Below, one piece after another: positions 18,563-29,679 of a DNA stretch of 64,000 nucleotides (position 1 is the first letter of the stretch; each line of letters begins with the position of its first letter). The notes beneath the pieces are model-generated. The model ran no database searches. It was given only the letters and a program-made list of their open reading frames with translations, and had not been told where the DNA came from. The stretch is from Anaerolineae bacterium (GTDB lineage: Bacteria > Chloroflexota > Anaerolineae > UBA1429): positions 384,001 to 448,000 of the forward strand of contig OY776562.1 of the NCBI GenBank assembly GCA_963675785.1. Reading direction: 5' to 3'. The translations under genes and the position numbers were made by a program.

Positions 18563-21500
18563 GTGCCCAACATCATAAAGAGACTTTTAATCGCTCTCTG
18601 CGTTCTGATTCTTTCAATAGGTATCTCCTCAGCTGTTGAGACAGATGCTGGTGCCCTGGTAGTGCCGGAGATTCCCACTGTTGTAGATCACGGCAAGCTG
18701 TCGACGGCTCTTTACGCGCGTTATGTGGCGAACACAGCAAACGGCATGGCATTGCAGGCGCAAGAGACTGTGCAAATTGTGGTCGAGTGTGATGATGTGC
18801 AGACACTTTTGAAGAGTATCCCTTCGCTTGTGGTCGAATCTTCGCAGGCTCGCTTTGTACAAGCCCAGGTTGCCATAACCGATCTGCAAACCCTTGCTTG
18901 CCTCGATGGCGTCGCGTATGTGCGTGAGCCCATGACGCCCCTTTCCAGCGCTATCTACTATGAGGGCACCTATTTGATTGGGGCTACGGTCTGGCAGGAT
19001 GCTGGTTATACTGGCGCCGGTACGCGCATAGCTATTATCGATACGGGCTATGAGGGCTATGCAGATTTACTGGGTGATGAACTACCCGTTTCAGTTGAAC
19101 TGTTGAACTATCGCGCGGATGGCAGTGACACAACTGGCGGCCCCCACGGCACGGCTATGGCTGAAGTAGTGCACGACATCGCCCCCAACGCCGAGTTGGT
19201 GTTGGTCAGCATCAGTACAGAGGTCGAGTATCTGGAGGCGTTGCAGGGCCTGGCCGCCGAGGATGTCGACATGGTAGTTTGCGGCTTGGGCTGGCTTCTT
19301 TCCGGCGCAGGTGATGGCACCGGCTTTATCAATGAGGCCGTGGATGCTGCTATACAAACTAATGGGTGGCTGTGGGTACAACCGGTTGGCAATCAAGCTC
19401 AGCGACATTGGCTGGGTGATTGGACCGACGCCGATGCCAATGACTGGCTGGATTGGAATGGCGAGGCCTATAACGCCGTTTACGTGAACGGTGGCGACAC
19501 GCTACGCCTTGGCTTGGTTTGGGAAGATGCCTGGGGTGCTGCTCAATCCGATTTTGAATTGGTAGTGACGGATTCCTCGGGCGAACTGGTGGCCTGGACG
19601 GATTCTCCAGCTGCTTCTACGGGCGATCCCACGCGCTATCTCAAGATCGAAGGGTTAACTGCTGGTGAGTACCGTATCTATATTTTTCGGCGTGATGGTG
19701 GCTATGATACGCCCACCTTGCAGCTCTATGGGTACGACCACGACTTGGATGTGGCCGTGGCGTCACAAAGCCTAATGGAGCCGGCCGATCTCGATAGCGT
19801 ATTGACAACAGGAGCGGTCGAGGCCGCTGAATATGTAACCTCTGTTGAGGGTTACAGTAGCCGAGGCCCCACAACAGACGGCCGCTGCAAACCAGATTTG
19901 GTCAGCTATGATCGCGTTTCTACAGTTTCATTGGGCGAGCGCACCTCTTCGGAAACTACTGGCTTTGCAGGTAGTTCAGCAGCATCGGCGCATGTGGCTG
20001 GTGTGGCGGCGCTGCTTTGGGAGGCCCATCCCGCCTGGACCAACGAGCAGCTCTATGCTGGCCTGCTCGATCTTTGCACGGATATCGATGTCCCGGGACC
20101 CGATAATGCCTCTGGCTATGGGCGTTTAGAACTGCCTGATACTGCCGATCCAACGCCAGCGGCTACGGTGGCAGTGACGCCGACCTCTACGCTGATGGCA
20201 ACATCGACGCCGCAACCTACTTCCACACCTACCATGACGCCGGTTCCCGATGCGCTGTCTAGTACATGGTATCGCATAGGTCTGGATGACAAAATCGTGC
20301 GTACTCTGGTGACGACGGGGGGCAGCACCTCTGAACTCTGGGCGGCAACCAATTCGGGCGTGTATTATTCGGCCAATTCAGCAAGCACCTGGCAACTAGA
20401 TATTGCCGGTCTTGCGGATACCAACGTATACCGCCTGGAGACGGGCACTCTGAACGACACTGCGGTGCTGTATGCTATGACGGCCAGTACAGTTTGGCGT
20501 CAATTAGAGGGTTATTGGCAAGAAATTCCCTTGCGCAGCGCAGCATTGAGCATGTTGACTACCTTTGGTACTGACGGCGGCACGAACCTTTATGCTGTGG
20601 CCTCTAACCCCTGTAGCTCGATCTTTGTATCTAACAATAGCGGCAGCGATTGGCTGCAATTCTCTACACAGAACCTGTGCGGCAGCTATTATGCCGCAGG
20701 CCGTATTCTGGTCAACGGCGATACGCTTTATCTCTCTCGTGGGGCCAGCTATGCCTCGGTGCTTGTTTCTACCAACAATGGCATCAATTGGAATTCCCTG
20801 GCGACGCCGTCTGTTGGGGTGGTGGATATGTCCCTATCTTCCGACGGCATGTTGTACGCAAGCTTGAGCGGCCGCGGCGTATGGCGGCTCAATACCTCGG
20901 GCGGTAGTTGGCAATCTCGCAGCATTGGCCTGCCCGGCGATGGTATTGGAACCAACATCACTGCCGTGACCGTGCATCCTACTCAACCAGAGACGGTTTA
21001 TGCGGCGGTGAGTGATGGGCGTGTCTATAGGAGCAAAGATGGCGGCGCCAGTTGGGAGCTGTTCGGCGAAGGCTTTCCGCCCGACCTGACGGTGAACGCC
21101 CTGGTCGTACTGCCTTCATTCCCTACGCGCCTTTGGGCAGCGACCAGCGACGGCCTTTGGGCGCTGGATGGTGCGGTGGATATTTGCCTGCCGCTCATTC
21201 TCAAGAATCGTTATCTACCGCCGGTGTATGCTTCGCCCACGGCGACGCCTATAGGCTGCTATGATACGGTGGCTAACGGCGGCTTTGAAACAACCAGTAT
21301 CTGGTATACCACCAACGCCGCCTATACCCGCGACGATTCCTTTGAAGGATTATGGAGCATGCGTGTTGGCCCCGAGCCGCCGCTAACCAATAGCTCTGGC
21401 GAAAGCTATGTGCAGCAGGCGCTCATTCTGCCGGATGATGCTTCGTCAATTCAGTTGCGTTTCTGGTGGCAGCGCTTTGGTCAGGATGAAGGCGATCGTT

Positions 21501-21712
21501 ATGCGGTGCGCCTCTACAATAGCTCATGGGAACTGCTCGATGAGCTGATTGCAACTTCGGATAGAGGCCCTTATTGGGAGCAGGAAACTGCCGACCTCAC
21601 CGAGTGGGCTGGCCAGCAGGTGTATCTGCGCTTTGCCGTGGTGAATGATGGCAATGAGGATGCAGCCTGGTTCCGGTTGGATGAGGTGGCCGTGCAGGTT
21701 TGCATGGATTGA
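18563..21712 (+). CDS. Secreted multidomain S8 subtilase with PT linker, BNR beta-propeller and C-terminal CBM-like domain
   Basis: Triad IIDTG / HGTAMA / FAGSSAAS; SSRGPT...KPD; SxD/NxGxxW Asp-box repeats; ANGGFE domain. Confidence 0.85.
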   Translation: MPNIIKRLLIALCVLILSIGISSAVETDAGALVVPEIPTVVDHGKLSTALYARYVANTANGMALQAQETVQIVVECDDVQTLLKSIPSLVVESSQARFVQAQVAITDLQTLACLDGVAYVREPMTPLSSAIYYEGTYLIGATVWQDAGYTGAGTRIAIIDTGYEGYADLLGDELPVSVELLNYRADGSDTTGGPHGTAMAEVVHDIAPNAELVLVSISTEVEYLEALQGLAAEDVDMVVCGLGWLLSGAGDGTGFINEAVDAAIQTNGWLWVQPVGNQAQRHWLGDWTDADANDWLDWNGEAYNAVYVNGGDTLRLGLVWEDAWGAAQSDFELVVTDSSGELVAWTDSPAASTGDPTRYLKIEGLTAGEYRIYIFRRDGGYDTPTLQLYGYDHDLDVAVASQSLMEPADLDSVLTTGAVEAAEYVTSVEGYSSRGPTTDGRCKPDLVSYDRVSTVSLGERTSSETTGFAGSSAASAHVAGVAALLWEAHPAWTNEQLYAGLLDLCTDIDVPGPDNASGYGRLELPDTADPTPAATVAVTPTSTLMATSTPQPTSTPTMTPVPDALSSTWYRIGLDDKIVRTLVTTGGSTSELWAATNSGVYYSANSASTWQLDIAGLADTNVYRLETGTLNDTAVLYAMTASTVWRQLEGYWQEIPLRSAALSMLTTFGTDGGTNLYAVASNPCSSIFVSNNSGSDWLQFSTQNLCGSYYAAGRILVNGDTLYLSRGASYASVLVSTNNGINWNSLATPSVGVVDMSLSSDGMLYASLSGRGVWRLNTSGGSWQSRSIGLPGDGIGTNITAVTVHPTQPETVYAAVSDGRVYRSKDGGASWELFGEGFPPDLTVNALVVLPSFPTRLWAATSDGLWALDGAVDICLPLILKNRYLPPVYASPTATPIGCYDTVANGGFETTSIWYTTNAAYTRDDSFEGLWSMRVGPEPPLTNSSGESYVQQALILPDDASSIQLRFWWQRFGQDEGDRYAVRLYNSSWELLDELIATSDRGPYWEQETADLTEWAGQQVYLRFAVVNDGNEDAAWFRLDEVAVQVCMD

Positions 21713-21776
21713 TCTCCCTACTTTTGGTTGCGCGCGGCCGATAGCCTACAATAACTAGACCAACGCGAGGGGGACT

Positions 21777-22547
21777 ATGCGATTTGATATTCTCTCGCTG
21801 TTCCCCGAGATGTTTGAGAATGTCTTTGGGGCCAGCATCGTGCGGCGAGCCGTCGAGGCCGACCGCATCGAGATCTATACACACAATATTCGGGATTGGA
21901 CCACCGACAAGCACCATGTGACCGATGACACGCCGTATGGCGGGGGCGGGGGCATGGTAATGAAGCCGGAGCCCATTGTCTCGGCTGTGGAAGAGCTGTT
22001 GGGCGCCGAATTGGTTCGCGAGCAAAAGGTGAGCGGTCGCGTTCAGGTGCCGGTGGTGATGATGTCGCCTGCCGGGCAGGTGTTCAACCAGCATATGGCG
22101 CGAGAGTTCGAGTGCTATGGTCGTATGCTGATCATCTGTGGGCGCTATGAGGGCATCGACGAACGCGTGACAGAGCTGGTGGTAACCCATCAGGTTTCCA
22201 TTGGTGACTATGTGCTTTCGGGCGGCGAGATACCGGCTATGGCCATTGTTGAGGCGGTGACGCGCTTGGTGCCCGGCGTGCTGGGCGATATGCGTGCGGT
22301 CATTGAGGATTCTCATTCCAGCGGGCTGCTCGAATATCCGCAATATACGCGCCCGCCAGAATACCGCGGTTTGGGCGTGCCAGAGGCACTGCTTTCTGGC
22401 AATCATGCTCTCATTGAGCGCTGGCGCCGAGAACAAGCCTTGGCTCGCACGCACTCACATCGTCCAGATATGTTGGACAAGGCCGAATTGTCCAAGGCAG
22501 ATATAAAATATCTCCAAAAGCTGGAAAACAAAGACAGCTCTGAGTAG
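21777..22547 (+). CDS. trmD: tRNA (guanine37-N1)-methyltransferase
   Basis: [39 protein letters not shown]. Confidence 0.98.
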   Translation: MRFDILSLFPEMFENVFGASIVRRAVEADRIEIYTHNIRDWTTDKHHVTDDTPYGGGGGMVMKPEPIVSAVEELLGAELVREQKVSGRVQVPVVMMSPAGQVFNQHMAREFECYGRMLIICGRYEGIDERVTELVVTHQVSIGDYVLSGGEIPAMAIVEAVTRLVPGVLGDMRAVIEDSHSSGLLEYPQYTRPPEYRGLGVPEALLSGNHALIERWRREQALARTHSHRPDMLDKAELSKADIKYLQKLENKDSSE

Positions 22548-22616
22548 ATTTTGCGTCCGGCGCAGTCTGTGCTAGAATGATTCGCCGTGAGCTTGACTGA
22601 AAGGTGGAATGCCATA

Positions 22617-22976
22617 ATGGATACTATAATCGCATCGCTGGCTCCCGAGTCCAACCCTAATATTCCCAATATTCGTAGCGGCGATACGGTTCGCGTCCAT
22701 CAGCGCATTGTTGAAGGTACTCGCGAGCGAATTCAGGTACTGCAGGGAGTAGTTATCGCCATTGGCGGTTCGGGTGTATCTCGGACGTTTACGGTTCGCC
22801 GTATTGCAGCAGCCAATATCGGTGTAGAGCGAACGTACCTCTTTGCTTCGCCGCGTATCGAGCGGGTTGAGATCGTACGTCGATCCAAGGTTCGTCGTAA
22901 GCAGCTTTACTTCCTTCGCAAGTACCGCGGCAAGGCGGCACGCCTCAAGGAAGATCGTACAGCTTACGCCAAGTGA
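22617..22976 (+). CDS. rplS: 50S ribosomal protein L19
   Basis: GDTVRVH...EGTRERIQ...FTVRR...GVER...KVRR. Confidence 0.97.
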   Translation: MDTIIASLAPESNPNIPNIRSGDTVRVHQRIVEGTRERIQVLQGVVIAIGGSGVSRTFTVRRIAAANIGVERTYLFASPRIERVEIVRRSKVRRKQLYFLRKYRGKAARLKEDRTAYAK

Positions 22977-23662
22977 TTCCGTCAGACCAGCGTACGGGCC
23001 GTGATCCTCATCTCGTGCTCGAACAAAGGCTCTGGAATCAAGGCTACAAGTTTGTTACAGGTATAGATGAAGCCGGTCGCGGCGCATGGGCAGGTCCCGT
23101 GGTCGCGGCCGCTGTTGTTTTACCCACCAATGATGCCCAGATCGAGAGGCGCTTGGCACCCGTTCGCGATAGCAAACTGCTGAGCGCCGCTTGCCGAGAG
23201 GTTTGTTATGCACTGGTGATGACCTATGCGTTAGCCTGGGGTGTGGGCAGTGCCTCCTCGCAAGAGATCGACCGTTTGGGCATTGTGCCGGCCACGCGCC
23301 TGGCTATGTGTCGGGCCGTCCAAGCCATGCCAGTGCCGCCGGATTATCTGGTCATCGACGCCGTTCGCCTCAAGCAGTTGCCTATTCTTCAGTATTCGGT
23401 GGCCAAGGCCGATTTGCATCACCTTTCGGTGGCTTCGGCCTCGATCTTGGCCAAGGTGGCGCGAGATCATTGGATGATTGATCTGGCTGAGCAGGCACCA
23501 GCTTATGGCTTTGCCCGACACAAGGGCTATGGTACACGTTTTCATCAGCAAGCCTTGCAGGCCTGCGGTGTCAGCCGTTGGCATCGCTTTTCTTATCGTC
23601 CCATTGCTGAATTGCTGCTCAACGCTCAGGAAGCGAAAGATGGACTCACTTTTCCTAAATGA
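22973..23662 (+). CDS. rnhB: Ribonuclease HII
   Basis: [30 protein letters not shown]. Confidence 0.95.
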   Translation: MIPSDQRTGRDPHLVLEQRLWNQGYKFVTGIDEAGRGAWAGPVVAAAVVLPTNDAQIERRLAPVRDSKLLSAACREVCYALVMTYALAWGVGSASSQEIDRLGIVPATRLAMCRAVQAMPVPPDYLVIDAVRLKQLPILQYSVAKADLHHLSVASASILAKVARDHWMIDLAEQAPAYGFARHKGYGTRFHQQALQACGVSRWHRFSYRPIAELLLNAQEAKDGLTFPK

Positions 23663-24515
23663 GGCTCCCCTGGTATTCCTGGATGTCGAGACGACTGGCC
23701 TTGCTCCGAGCAACGGCGATCGCGTCGTCGAGATTGCCCTCCTCAAGACCATGGGCTCTACCCCTGCCGATCAGGTGCATCATCTGGTCAATCCCCAACG
23801 TACGATTCCTCATGAAGTGGTGCGCGTGCACCACATCACTGACGCGATGGTGAGCGATAAACCCACCTTTGCTGATGTTGCCATGCAAGTGCAGACCATT
23901 GTGGATGGCGCCATTCTGGTAGGCCACAATGTCCTTTTCGATATTGCCTTTATCTCGCGAGAATTCGAACTGGCAGGAAAAAAGTTTGCCTGGGATTCGG
24001 CTCTGGACACCCTGCGCCTCTCGCGTCGTACGCTGAATCGCGGTCGTAATTCGCTGCAATCGTTGGTGAAAGCGTTGCCGCTGGATATCTCGGCTCAAGC
24101 CCACCGCGCCATGGGCGACGTACTGGCCACCTGGCGCTTGTTCGATTACATCATCAGCGGCTTGGGTGAGGATGTAGCGATTGCTCAATTGGAGGCGCTG
24201 CAAGGTGGGCGGATTCTGCCGGGAGCTGAGATTCGCCAAACCTTTGGCCGACGCCCCGAATCAATCCGACCTCTCGATCCCCCTGAACACCTTCAGGGGA
24301 TGGTGGCGCTGGTGCAGGATGCTATCGGTCGCGGCTTGAATATCGAGATCGAGTATGAGGCCCAGCGCGGCACAGTGAGTAGGCGGATCATTACGCCGCT
24401 GCGCCTGGAGCAGATGAGCAAGAATTACGTCTGCCTACGGGCTTTTTGCCACGCCCGGGGCGACAAGCGTACCTTCCGCCTTGACCGCATCAAGACCTTG
24501 CGCGTCATGGGCTGA
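23640..24515 (+). CDS. DEDDh (DnaQ-like) 3'-5' exonuclease fused to a C-terminal WYL domain
   Basis: DVETTG, GHNVLFD, HRAMGD; WYL motif IEY...SRRIITP...CHAR...RTFRLDRI. Confidence 0.88.
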   Translation: MDSLFLNEAPLVFLDVETTGLAPSNGDRVVEIALLKTMGSTPADQVHHLVNPQRTIPHEVVRVHHITDAMVSDKPTFADVAMQVQTIVDGAILVGHNVLFDIAFISREFELAGKKFAWDSALDTLRLSRRTLNRGRNSLQSLVKALPLDISAQAHRAMGDVLATWRLFDYIISGLGEDVAIAQLEALQGGRILPGAEIRQTFGRRPESIRPLDPPEHLQGMVALVQDAIGRGLNIEIEYEAQRGTVSRRIITPLRLEQMSKNYVCLRAFCHARGDKRTFRLDRIKTLRVMG

Positions 24516-26895
24516 CGGGTGTAAAAGCGTAAATACGTACCGGTCCCGACACATAGATGGCTGTATAGTTCTCCGAATAATCCAACTCGGCAGGCTGCAT
24601 GGGCCCCGCTTTGGTACCCACAAAGACGTGTGTTACTCCTGCCTCTTGGAGCAAGGCCAGTAGTTCTGGGTCGTCGGGCGAAGGCGCGTTTTCTACGGCG
24701 TTTGCCAGGGCGTTGACCGCATCGCGATAGCTGCCATCATCCTGGTGATACAAGATACAGGGCAGGGTGGTGTCACGTTGGGCCACCAGCGGCAGCCACC
24801 AGCCAGCATCACTTCCGGCGTGAATAGTGCCCTGCCAGGTCATCGAATTCACCAGGAATAGACTGTCCTCCGGTGTATTTTCTCCAGCCCATTCCAGAGC
24901 TTGCAAGTCCTCAGGTTCCGCCAGCACCGTTACTGGATTGATGATGTCCAGATGGTGCCACAACCCCAGGCAAGTTAGCATGAGGCTAACCACGGTCAGC
25001 GTCGCAGCGGCGTAGGTCCTGCTTGACCGCCAAGGGATCACCCGGTACAGCCACTGTAGGAGGTAAACGCCCAGCCAAGCATCCAACACAGCCACAGGCA
25101 GCCACAGGGCAATCATCACCGCCGGGTTGTCGAGAAACCAGGTGTCGGGTAGGCCGATCCAGCGCAGATTGGCAGCCAGCAGCCACAATCCGCCCCATAA
25201 CCCCAAGCCCACCATGGCCCAGCGGCGATTGAGCACGGCCACAACCACGGCGGCCAGGGCAATCCACAGCAGAGTGCCAAACCAATAGCTGGTGATGAGG
25301 CCGGTGGAAAAAGCGTTGCTGCCCGAGACCGGCGACCACGAACCATAGGTAGTGCCCGCCGTCGGGAGGACTGCCAAGGCAAAGCGCAGTATCCAGGGCA
25401 GGATCAGCAGAGCACCAGTCAAGCCAGTAGCTAGCAATCTACCTGCCCGCGCACCCAGGTTCTTCTTCGCCAGCAATAAAAAGGGCAAAGCTAACAAATA
25501 GAGCACGAACACGCGGTAATGCACCAGGCAGAGACTGGCTGTTGCCAGCGCCGCAGGCAAGAGGCGTCGTGGACGGTCGAGGGCCGAGCGTGTCAGCAGC
25601 AAAACCGCTGGCAAGAGCACTAGCCCAGCCAGTTCGGTATAGCGTCCCCAGGTAACCAGATAGGCCGGCAGATAGGAGAGGGCTCCCGTGACCACTGCGG
25701 CCAGTACGCCGGTCCAACGGCTGCAAGTGAGCTGTTCGGCGAGGTAATAGGCGGCCAGCGGCGCCATTATGTTCATCACCTGGCCCATCAGCAGCACCGC
25801 TTGTTCGGAAGGCAGGTCGCTGAACCAGGTTAATGCAGCGCAGAGGCTGTGAAAGCCAAAATGATAGTGGAAATTACCCACCGGCATATAGGGTTCATAG
25901 GTGGTGGGCACACCGCCAAGGTGGCTGATAATATCAGTGATGACCGAATGGTGTACAGAATCAACCCACAGGGGTAGCACCACATTACGGATATCGTGGA
26001 GGCGGGCCAGCACGATGAGGATCATCACCACCGTCATGACCAGCTCGGGGGTGCCAAAGCGAAGGCGTAACGAACGCTGGCGGGGACGCTGCAAAATAGC
26101 CCACACCACCAACAGGGCCACCAGCACCCAGACCACGGCGCCGCCAGCATTGAGGCTTAGAGTGCCGCTCCAGAGGATGAGCAGCGGCCAGAAAATCATG
26201 CTCAATGCGGCAATGAGATACAGGCGCCCATAGAGGCTCTGGTGTGCGTTCAGTCCCAGTAGGTGCGTCAAGGCCCAGCCCGGTGCAAAGAGCACGAGCA
26301 ACAGAGCGGCCAGATAGGGCAGCCAGCGGCCTGTTACAGTGAACGCGTCGCTCAGGGCATCCAGCCAATTGTAATCATAATAAGTCACGAACCACAGGTC
26401 GCCGGAGAGTATCGTATCGCCCTGCTGTATGCCGCCATAGGCATAGGCCTCGGTCTGGGTCTGCCAAAAGCCCATCGAGAGATCTTCAGGGGTGCTGATG
26501 GAGAGGGTATAGGCGTTACTGGCCGAATCAGCGATGGGTTCCCAGCTAACTCGCAGGTGTTCATTATGTTCGAGGGTATCGGCCTGTAGGGAGACACTGC
26601 GCAGGGGTGTGCTTTGTCCCTCGGCGTACACCTCAAAAGTGATGATGGCCTCGACGGGCAGCAACGCTTGGCTGAAGCGGGCCACCACCAGTTCGACCCC
26701 CGAGAGGCCATCGTGGTTGGCATAAAAGGTTTGCATCAAGGACTGGTCGGCTTCTAGTGGCGATCCCGCCACTTCCATTCGTTCCTGGCGCTCGTCGGCA
26801 GTGGTGCGCGTCGGGTTCACGAGGACGACCATCAGCAGCCCGCCCAGCAGCAGGCCGAGGACAACCAGCCAGGCGGTTCGCTTTGCCCTGTTCAA
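24505..26895 (-). CDS. Polytopic membrane protein, GT-C-fold glycosyltransferase-like
   Basis: More than 12 TM segments, WVDSVHH and YHFGFH loop motifs, WGRY, periplasmic N- and C-terminal domains. Confidence 0.6.
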   Translation of the reverse strand: MNRAKRTAWLVVLGLLLGGLLMVVLVNPTRTTADERQERMEVAGSPLEADQSLMQTFYANHDGLSGVELVVARFSQALLPVEAIITFEVYAEGQSTPLRSVSLQADTLEHNEHLRVSWEPIADSASNAYTLSISTPEDLSMGFWQTQTEAYAYGGIQQGDTILSGDLWFVTYYDYNWLDALSDAFTVTGRWLPYLAALLLVLFAPGWALTHLLGLNAHQSLYGRLYLIAALSMIFWPLLILWSGTLSLNAGGAVVWVLVALLVVWAILQRPRQRSLRLRFGTPELVMTVVMILIVLARLHDIRNVVLPLWVDSVHHSVITDIISHLGGVPTTYEPYMPVGNFHYHFGFHSLCAALTWFSDLPSEQAVLLMGQVMNIMAPLAAYYLAEQLTCSRWTGVLAAVVTGALSYLPAYLVTWGRYTELAGLVLLPAVLLLTRSALDRPRRLLPAALATASLCLVHYRVFVLYLLALPFLLLAKKNLGARAGRLLATGLTGALLILPWILRFALAVLPTAGTTYGSWSPVSGSNAFSTGLITSYWFGTLLWIALAAVVVAVLNRRWAMVGLGLWGGLWLLAANLRWIGLPDTWFLDNPAVMIALWLPVAVLDAWLGVYLLQWLYRVIPWRSSRTYAAATLTVVSLMLTCLGLWHHLDIINPVTVLAEPEDLQALEWAGENTPEDSLFLVNSMTWQGTIHAGSDAGWWLPLVAQRDTTLPCILYHQDDGSYRDAVNALANAVENAPSPDDPELLALLQEAGVTHVFVGTKAGPMQPAELDYSENYTAIYVSGPVRIYAFTPVSP

Positions 26896-26896
26896 C

Positions 26897-29548
26897 CTAG
26901 TCGATCTTTTTTTGCAGCTCGTAGAGGCGGTTGAGCGCTTCCATGGGCGTCATATTGGTCAGGTCCATCTCTTTGATCTCTTCTAGTACGGGATCGGGTT
27001 TGTCAAAGAGGCCGAGTTGGTGGGGCTCAGAGAGCTTGTATTTGGTGGGCGCGGGTAGACGCTGCTCTTCGCTCTCTAACTCTTGGAGGATGTCGTTGGC
27101 GCGGCGCACCACAGCATTGGGCATGCCGGCCATCTGGGCTACGTGAATGCCATAACTGCGATCGGCGCCGCCTGGGCTGATGTGGTGGGTAAACACGGGA
27201 TGGTCGCCATCCTGCACCACGGTGACGTTATAGTTGGCCACCCGCGGCAACAGGTTTTCCAGCTCGGTTAGCTCATGGTAGTGGGTGGCAAATAGGGTTT
27301 TGCAGCGCAGATCGGGGTGATTGTGGATGTATTCGACCACGGCCCAGGCGATGGAAAGGCCGTCATAGGTGCTGGTGCCGCGCCCAATCTCGTCAATGAT
27401 CAACAGACTGCGGTTGGTGGCGTGGTTGAGGATGTTGGCCATCTCTACCATTTCCACCATAAAGGTGCTCTGGCCGCGGTGAATCTGATCTTGGGCGCCG
27501 ACACGGGCGAAAATGCGATCGACGAGGCCGATGCGTGCATAGCTGGCTGGCACAAAAGAGCCAATTTGGGCCAGCAGGGTGATGAGAGCCACCTGCCGCA
27601 AAAAGGTGGATTTGCCGCTCATATTGGGCCCGGTGATGACGTGAATGGTATGTTCGCCATCCAACAGTACATCGTTGGGTACAAAGGTGGCATCAGAGGG
27701 CAGCAGGTGCTCCACCACCGGGTGGCGCCCTTCACGAATCTCGATCTCGCTGTCGGCACACAGCTCAGGGCGGCAGCACTTGTCGCGGATGGCGTATTCA
27801 GCCAGGCCAGCAGCCACATCCAGATGGGCTACGGCGCGGGCTGTATCGAGCAGGGCCGGTGCATGGGCGGCCAGCTCACTGAGCAGTTCTTTGTACATCC
27901 TGCTCTCTAGCTCTTGGGTGCGCTCGGCGGCGTTGAGGATGAGCGCCTCTTTTTCTTTGAGCTCGGGCGTAATATAGCGCTCGGCGTTCACCAGCGTTTG
28001 TTTGCGAATATAATCCTCGGGTACCAGGTCACCGTTGGCCTTGGTGATCTCTAAATAGTAGCCAAAGACCTTGTTATAACCGACTTTGAGCGATTTGATG
28101 CCGGTACGTTCGCGCTCGGTTTGTTCCAGCTCGGCCACCCAGGTTTTGGCAGCGCGAACTGAGGACTCGATCTCATCTAGTTCCTGCGAGTAACCCTCTC
28201 GAAAGATGCCGCCGTTGTTGAGCGTGGCAGGAGGCTCCTCCACCAAGGCGGTACGGATGGTTTGAGCTATAGCAGTGTTGGGATTGATGGCATCATCAGC
28301 CAACGGATAGACTTCTCCGGCGCCTTCGATTTCGCTGTTTTGGGCGCTCTCGTGTACTTGAACGACCAGGCTTTGCACACGCTCCAGACCTTCGGCGATG
28401 GCGGCCAGTTCGCGAGGGCCTAGTACGCCCTGCACGAGCCGGTTGGTGAGGCGCTCCAGGTCGGGAATGCCGCCAAGTAGTTGGCGAATTTGACCTCGTC
28501 CCAATGTATCCTGATAGAGGGTATCAACCACAGTCAGACGGGTATTGAGTGCGGCCTGATCCAGTAGGGGTTGGCCGATCCACTGACGCAGCAAACGGCC
28601 GCCCATAGCCGTCAGCGTCTCATCGATGACACCCAACAGTGAACCTTGGGTGCTGCCGTCGCGCATCGTTTCGGTGAGTTCTAGGCTCTTGCGCGTGGCC
28701 GTATCCAGGTTCATGTAGGTATCGACGGAATACGTGTGCAGCGAGACCAGTTGAGCTAGCGAGGCTTGCTGATGCTCGCGGATGAACTGCAAGAGCACAC
28801 CGGCAGCCGTTGCTGCTGCAGGCATATCCTCACAGCCGAAACCCTCCAGGGTAGAAACCTTGAAATGGGCATAAAGCGCCTGCTGACAGGCAGATAAATC
28901 AAAGTGCCATTCCTCGTAAGGCGTCAACATGGTTTCGAGCTGGTTCAGGTCGGGGTAGAGCTCGGTCAGCGCCCGGGCGGCGTTAGGCCCTTGCAGATTA
29001 AAGGCTTCGCCGCGATCGTTGACAATGATCTCTGCCGGGTTCAGGCGATCTAATTCATGGGCGGCGTCGTTGCGAGATTCGGGACCGGTCAGCTCTGTAG
29101 TAGCAAATTCACCCGTGCTAATATCGGCATAGGCTACGCCAGCGCGGCGAGCGCCAAATACCACAGCAGCCAAATAGTTGTTGCGTTTGTCGGCCAGCAT
29201 AGTGGGTTCGGTGACGGTGCCGGGTGTCACCACACGAATGACCTGGCGGGGCATCAGACCATCGACGGTCTGATTGCCCATCTGCTCGCACACGGCCACC
29301 TTGTAGCCTTGGGCGATGAGTCGGGCGATATAGCCCTCAGCGGCATGAAAAGGCACGCCGGCCATGGGAACACGGTCTCCCTTGGCGACGTTACGTGAGG
29401 TCAGCACGATATCGAGCTCGCGCGACACAATTCTGGCATCCTCGTCAAAGGTCTCGTAAAAGTCGCCCAGCCGGAAAAAGAGAATGGCGTGGGGGTATTG
29501 GGCCTTGATGTCGAGGTATTGCTGGCGAATGGGGGTATTTTCAGCCAT
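26897..29548 (-). CDS. mutS: DNA mismatch repair protein MutS
   Basis: FFRLGDFYE, TGPNMSGKST, STFMVEM, DEIGRGTST, ATHYHEL, SYGIHVA. Confidence 0.98.
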   Translation of the reverse strand: MAENTPIRQQYLDIKAQYPHAILFFRLGDFYETFDEDARIVSRELDIVLTSRNVAKGDRVPMAGVPFHAAEGYIARLIAQGYKVAVCEQMGNQTVDGLMPRQVIRVVTPGTVTEPTMLADKRNNYLAAVVFGARRAGVAYADISTGEFATTELTGPESRNDAAHELDRLNPAEIIVNDRGEAFNLQGPNAARALTELYPDLNQLETMLTPYEEWHFDLSACQQALYAHFKVSTLEGFGCEDMPAAATAAGVLLQFIREHQQASLAQLVSLHTYSVDTYMNLDTATRKSLELTETMRDGSTQGSLLGVIDETLTAMGGRLLRQWIGQPLLDQAALNTRLTVVDTLYQDTLGRGQIRQLLGGIPDLERLTNRLVQGVLGPRELAAIAEGLERVQSLVVQVHESAQNSEIEGAGEVYPLADDAINPNTAIAQTIRTALVEEPPATLNNGGIFREGYSQELDEIESSVRAAKTWVAELEQTERERTGIKSLKVGYNKVFGYYLEITKANGDLVPEDYIRKQTLVNAERYITPELKEKEALILNAAERTQELESRMYKELLSELAAHAPALLDTARAVAHLDVAAGLAEYAIRDKCCRPELCADSEIEIREGRHPVVEHLLPSDATFVPNDVLLDGEHTIHVITGPNMSGKSTFLRQVALITLLAQIGSFVPASYARIGLVDRIFARVGAQDQIHRGQSTFMVEMVEMANILNHATNRSLLIIDEIGRGTSTYDGLSIAWAVVEYIHNHPDLRCKTLFATHYHELTELENLLPRVANYNVTVVQDGDHPVFTHHISPGGADRSYGIHVAQMAGMPNAVVRRANDILQELESEEQRLPAPTKYKLSEPHQLGLFDKPDPVLEEIKEMDLTNMTPMEALNRLYELQKKID

Positions 29549-29679
29549 CAAGCTATCCTCTGTAGTCGGTGCTTCCCAGAGTATAGCGGCGGGCAGGGGT
29601 ATCGTCAATGTCGCTTGGTGCGCCGAACATTTGGGTGCGGCCTGTTGGCGCGCTATAATCACGGCGTCAAGGAGGAAAC

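Noticed and set aside
20140-20250. Low-complexity Pro/Thr repeats (also 1680-1880)
   Set aside because: Ordinary PT linkers of secreted proteins, not a DNA-level repeat system.
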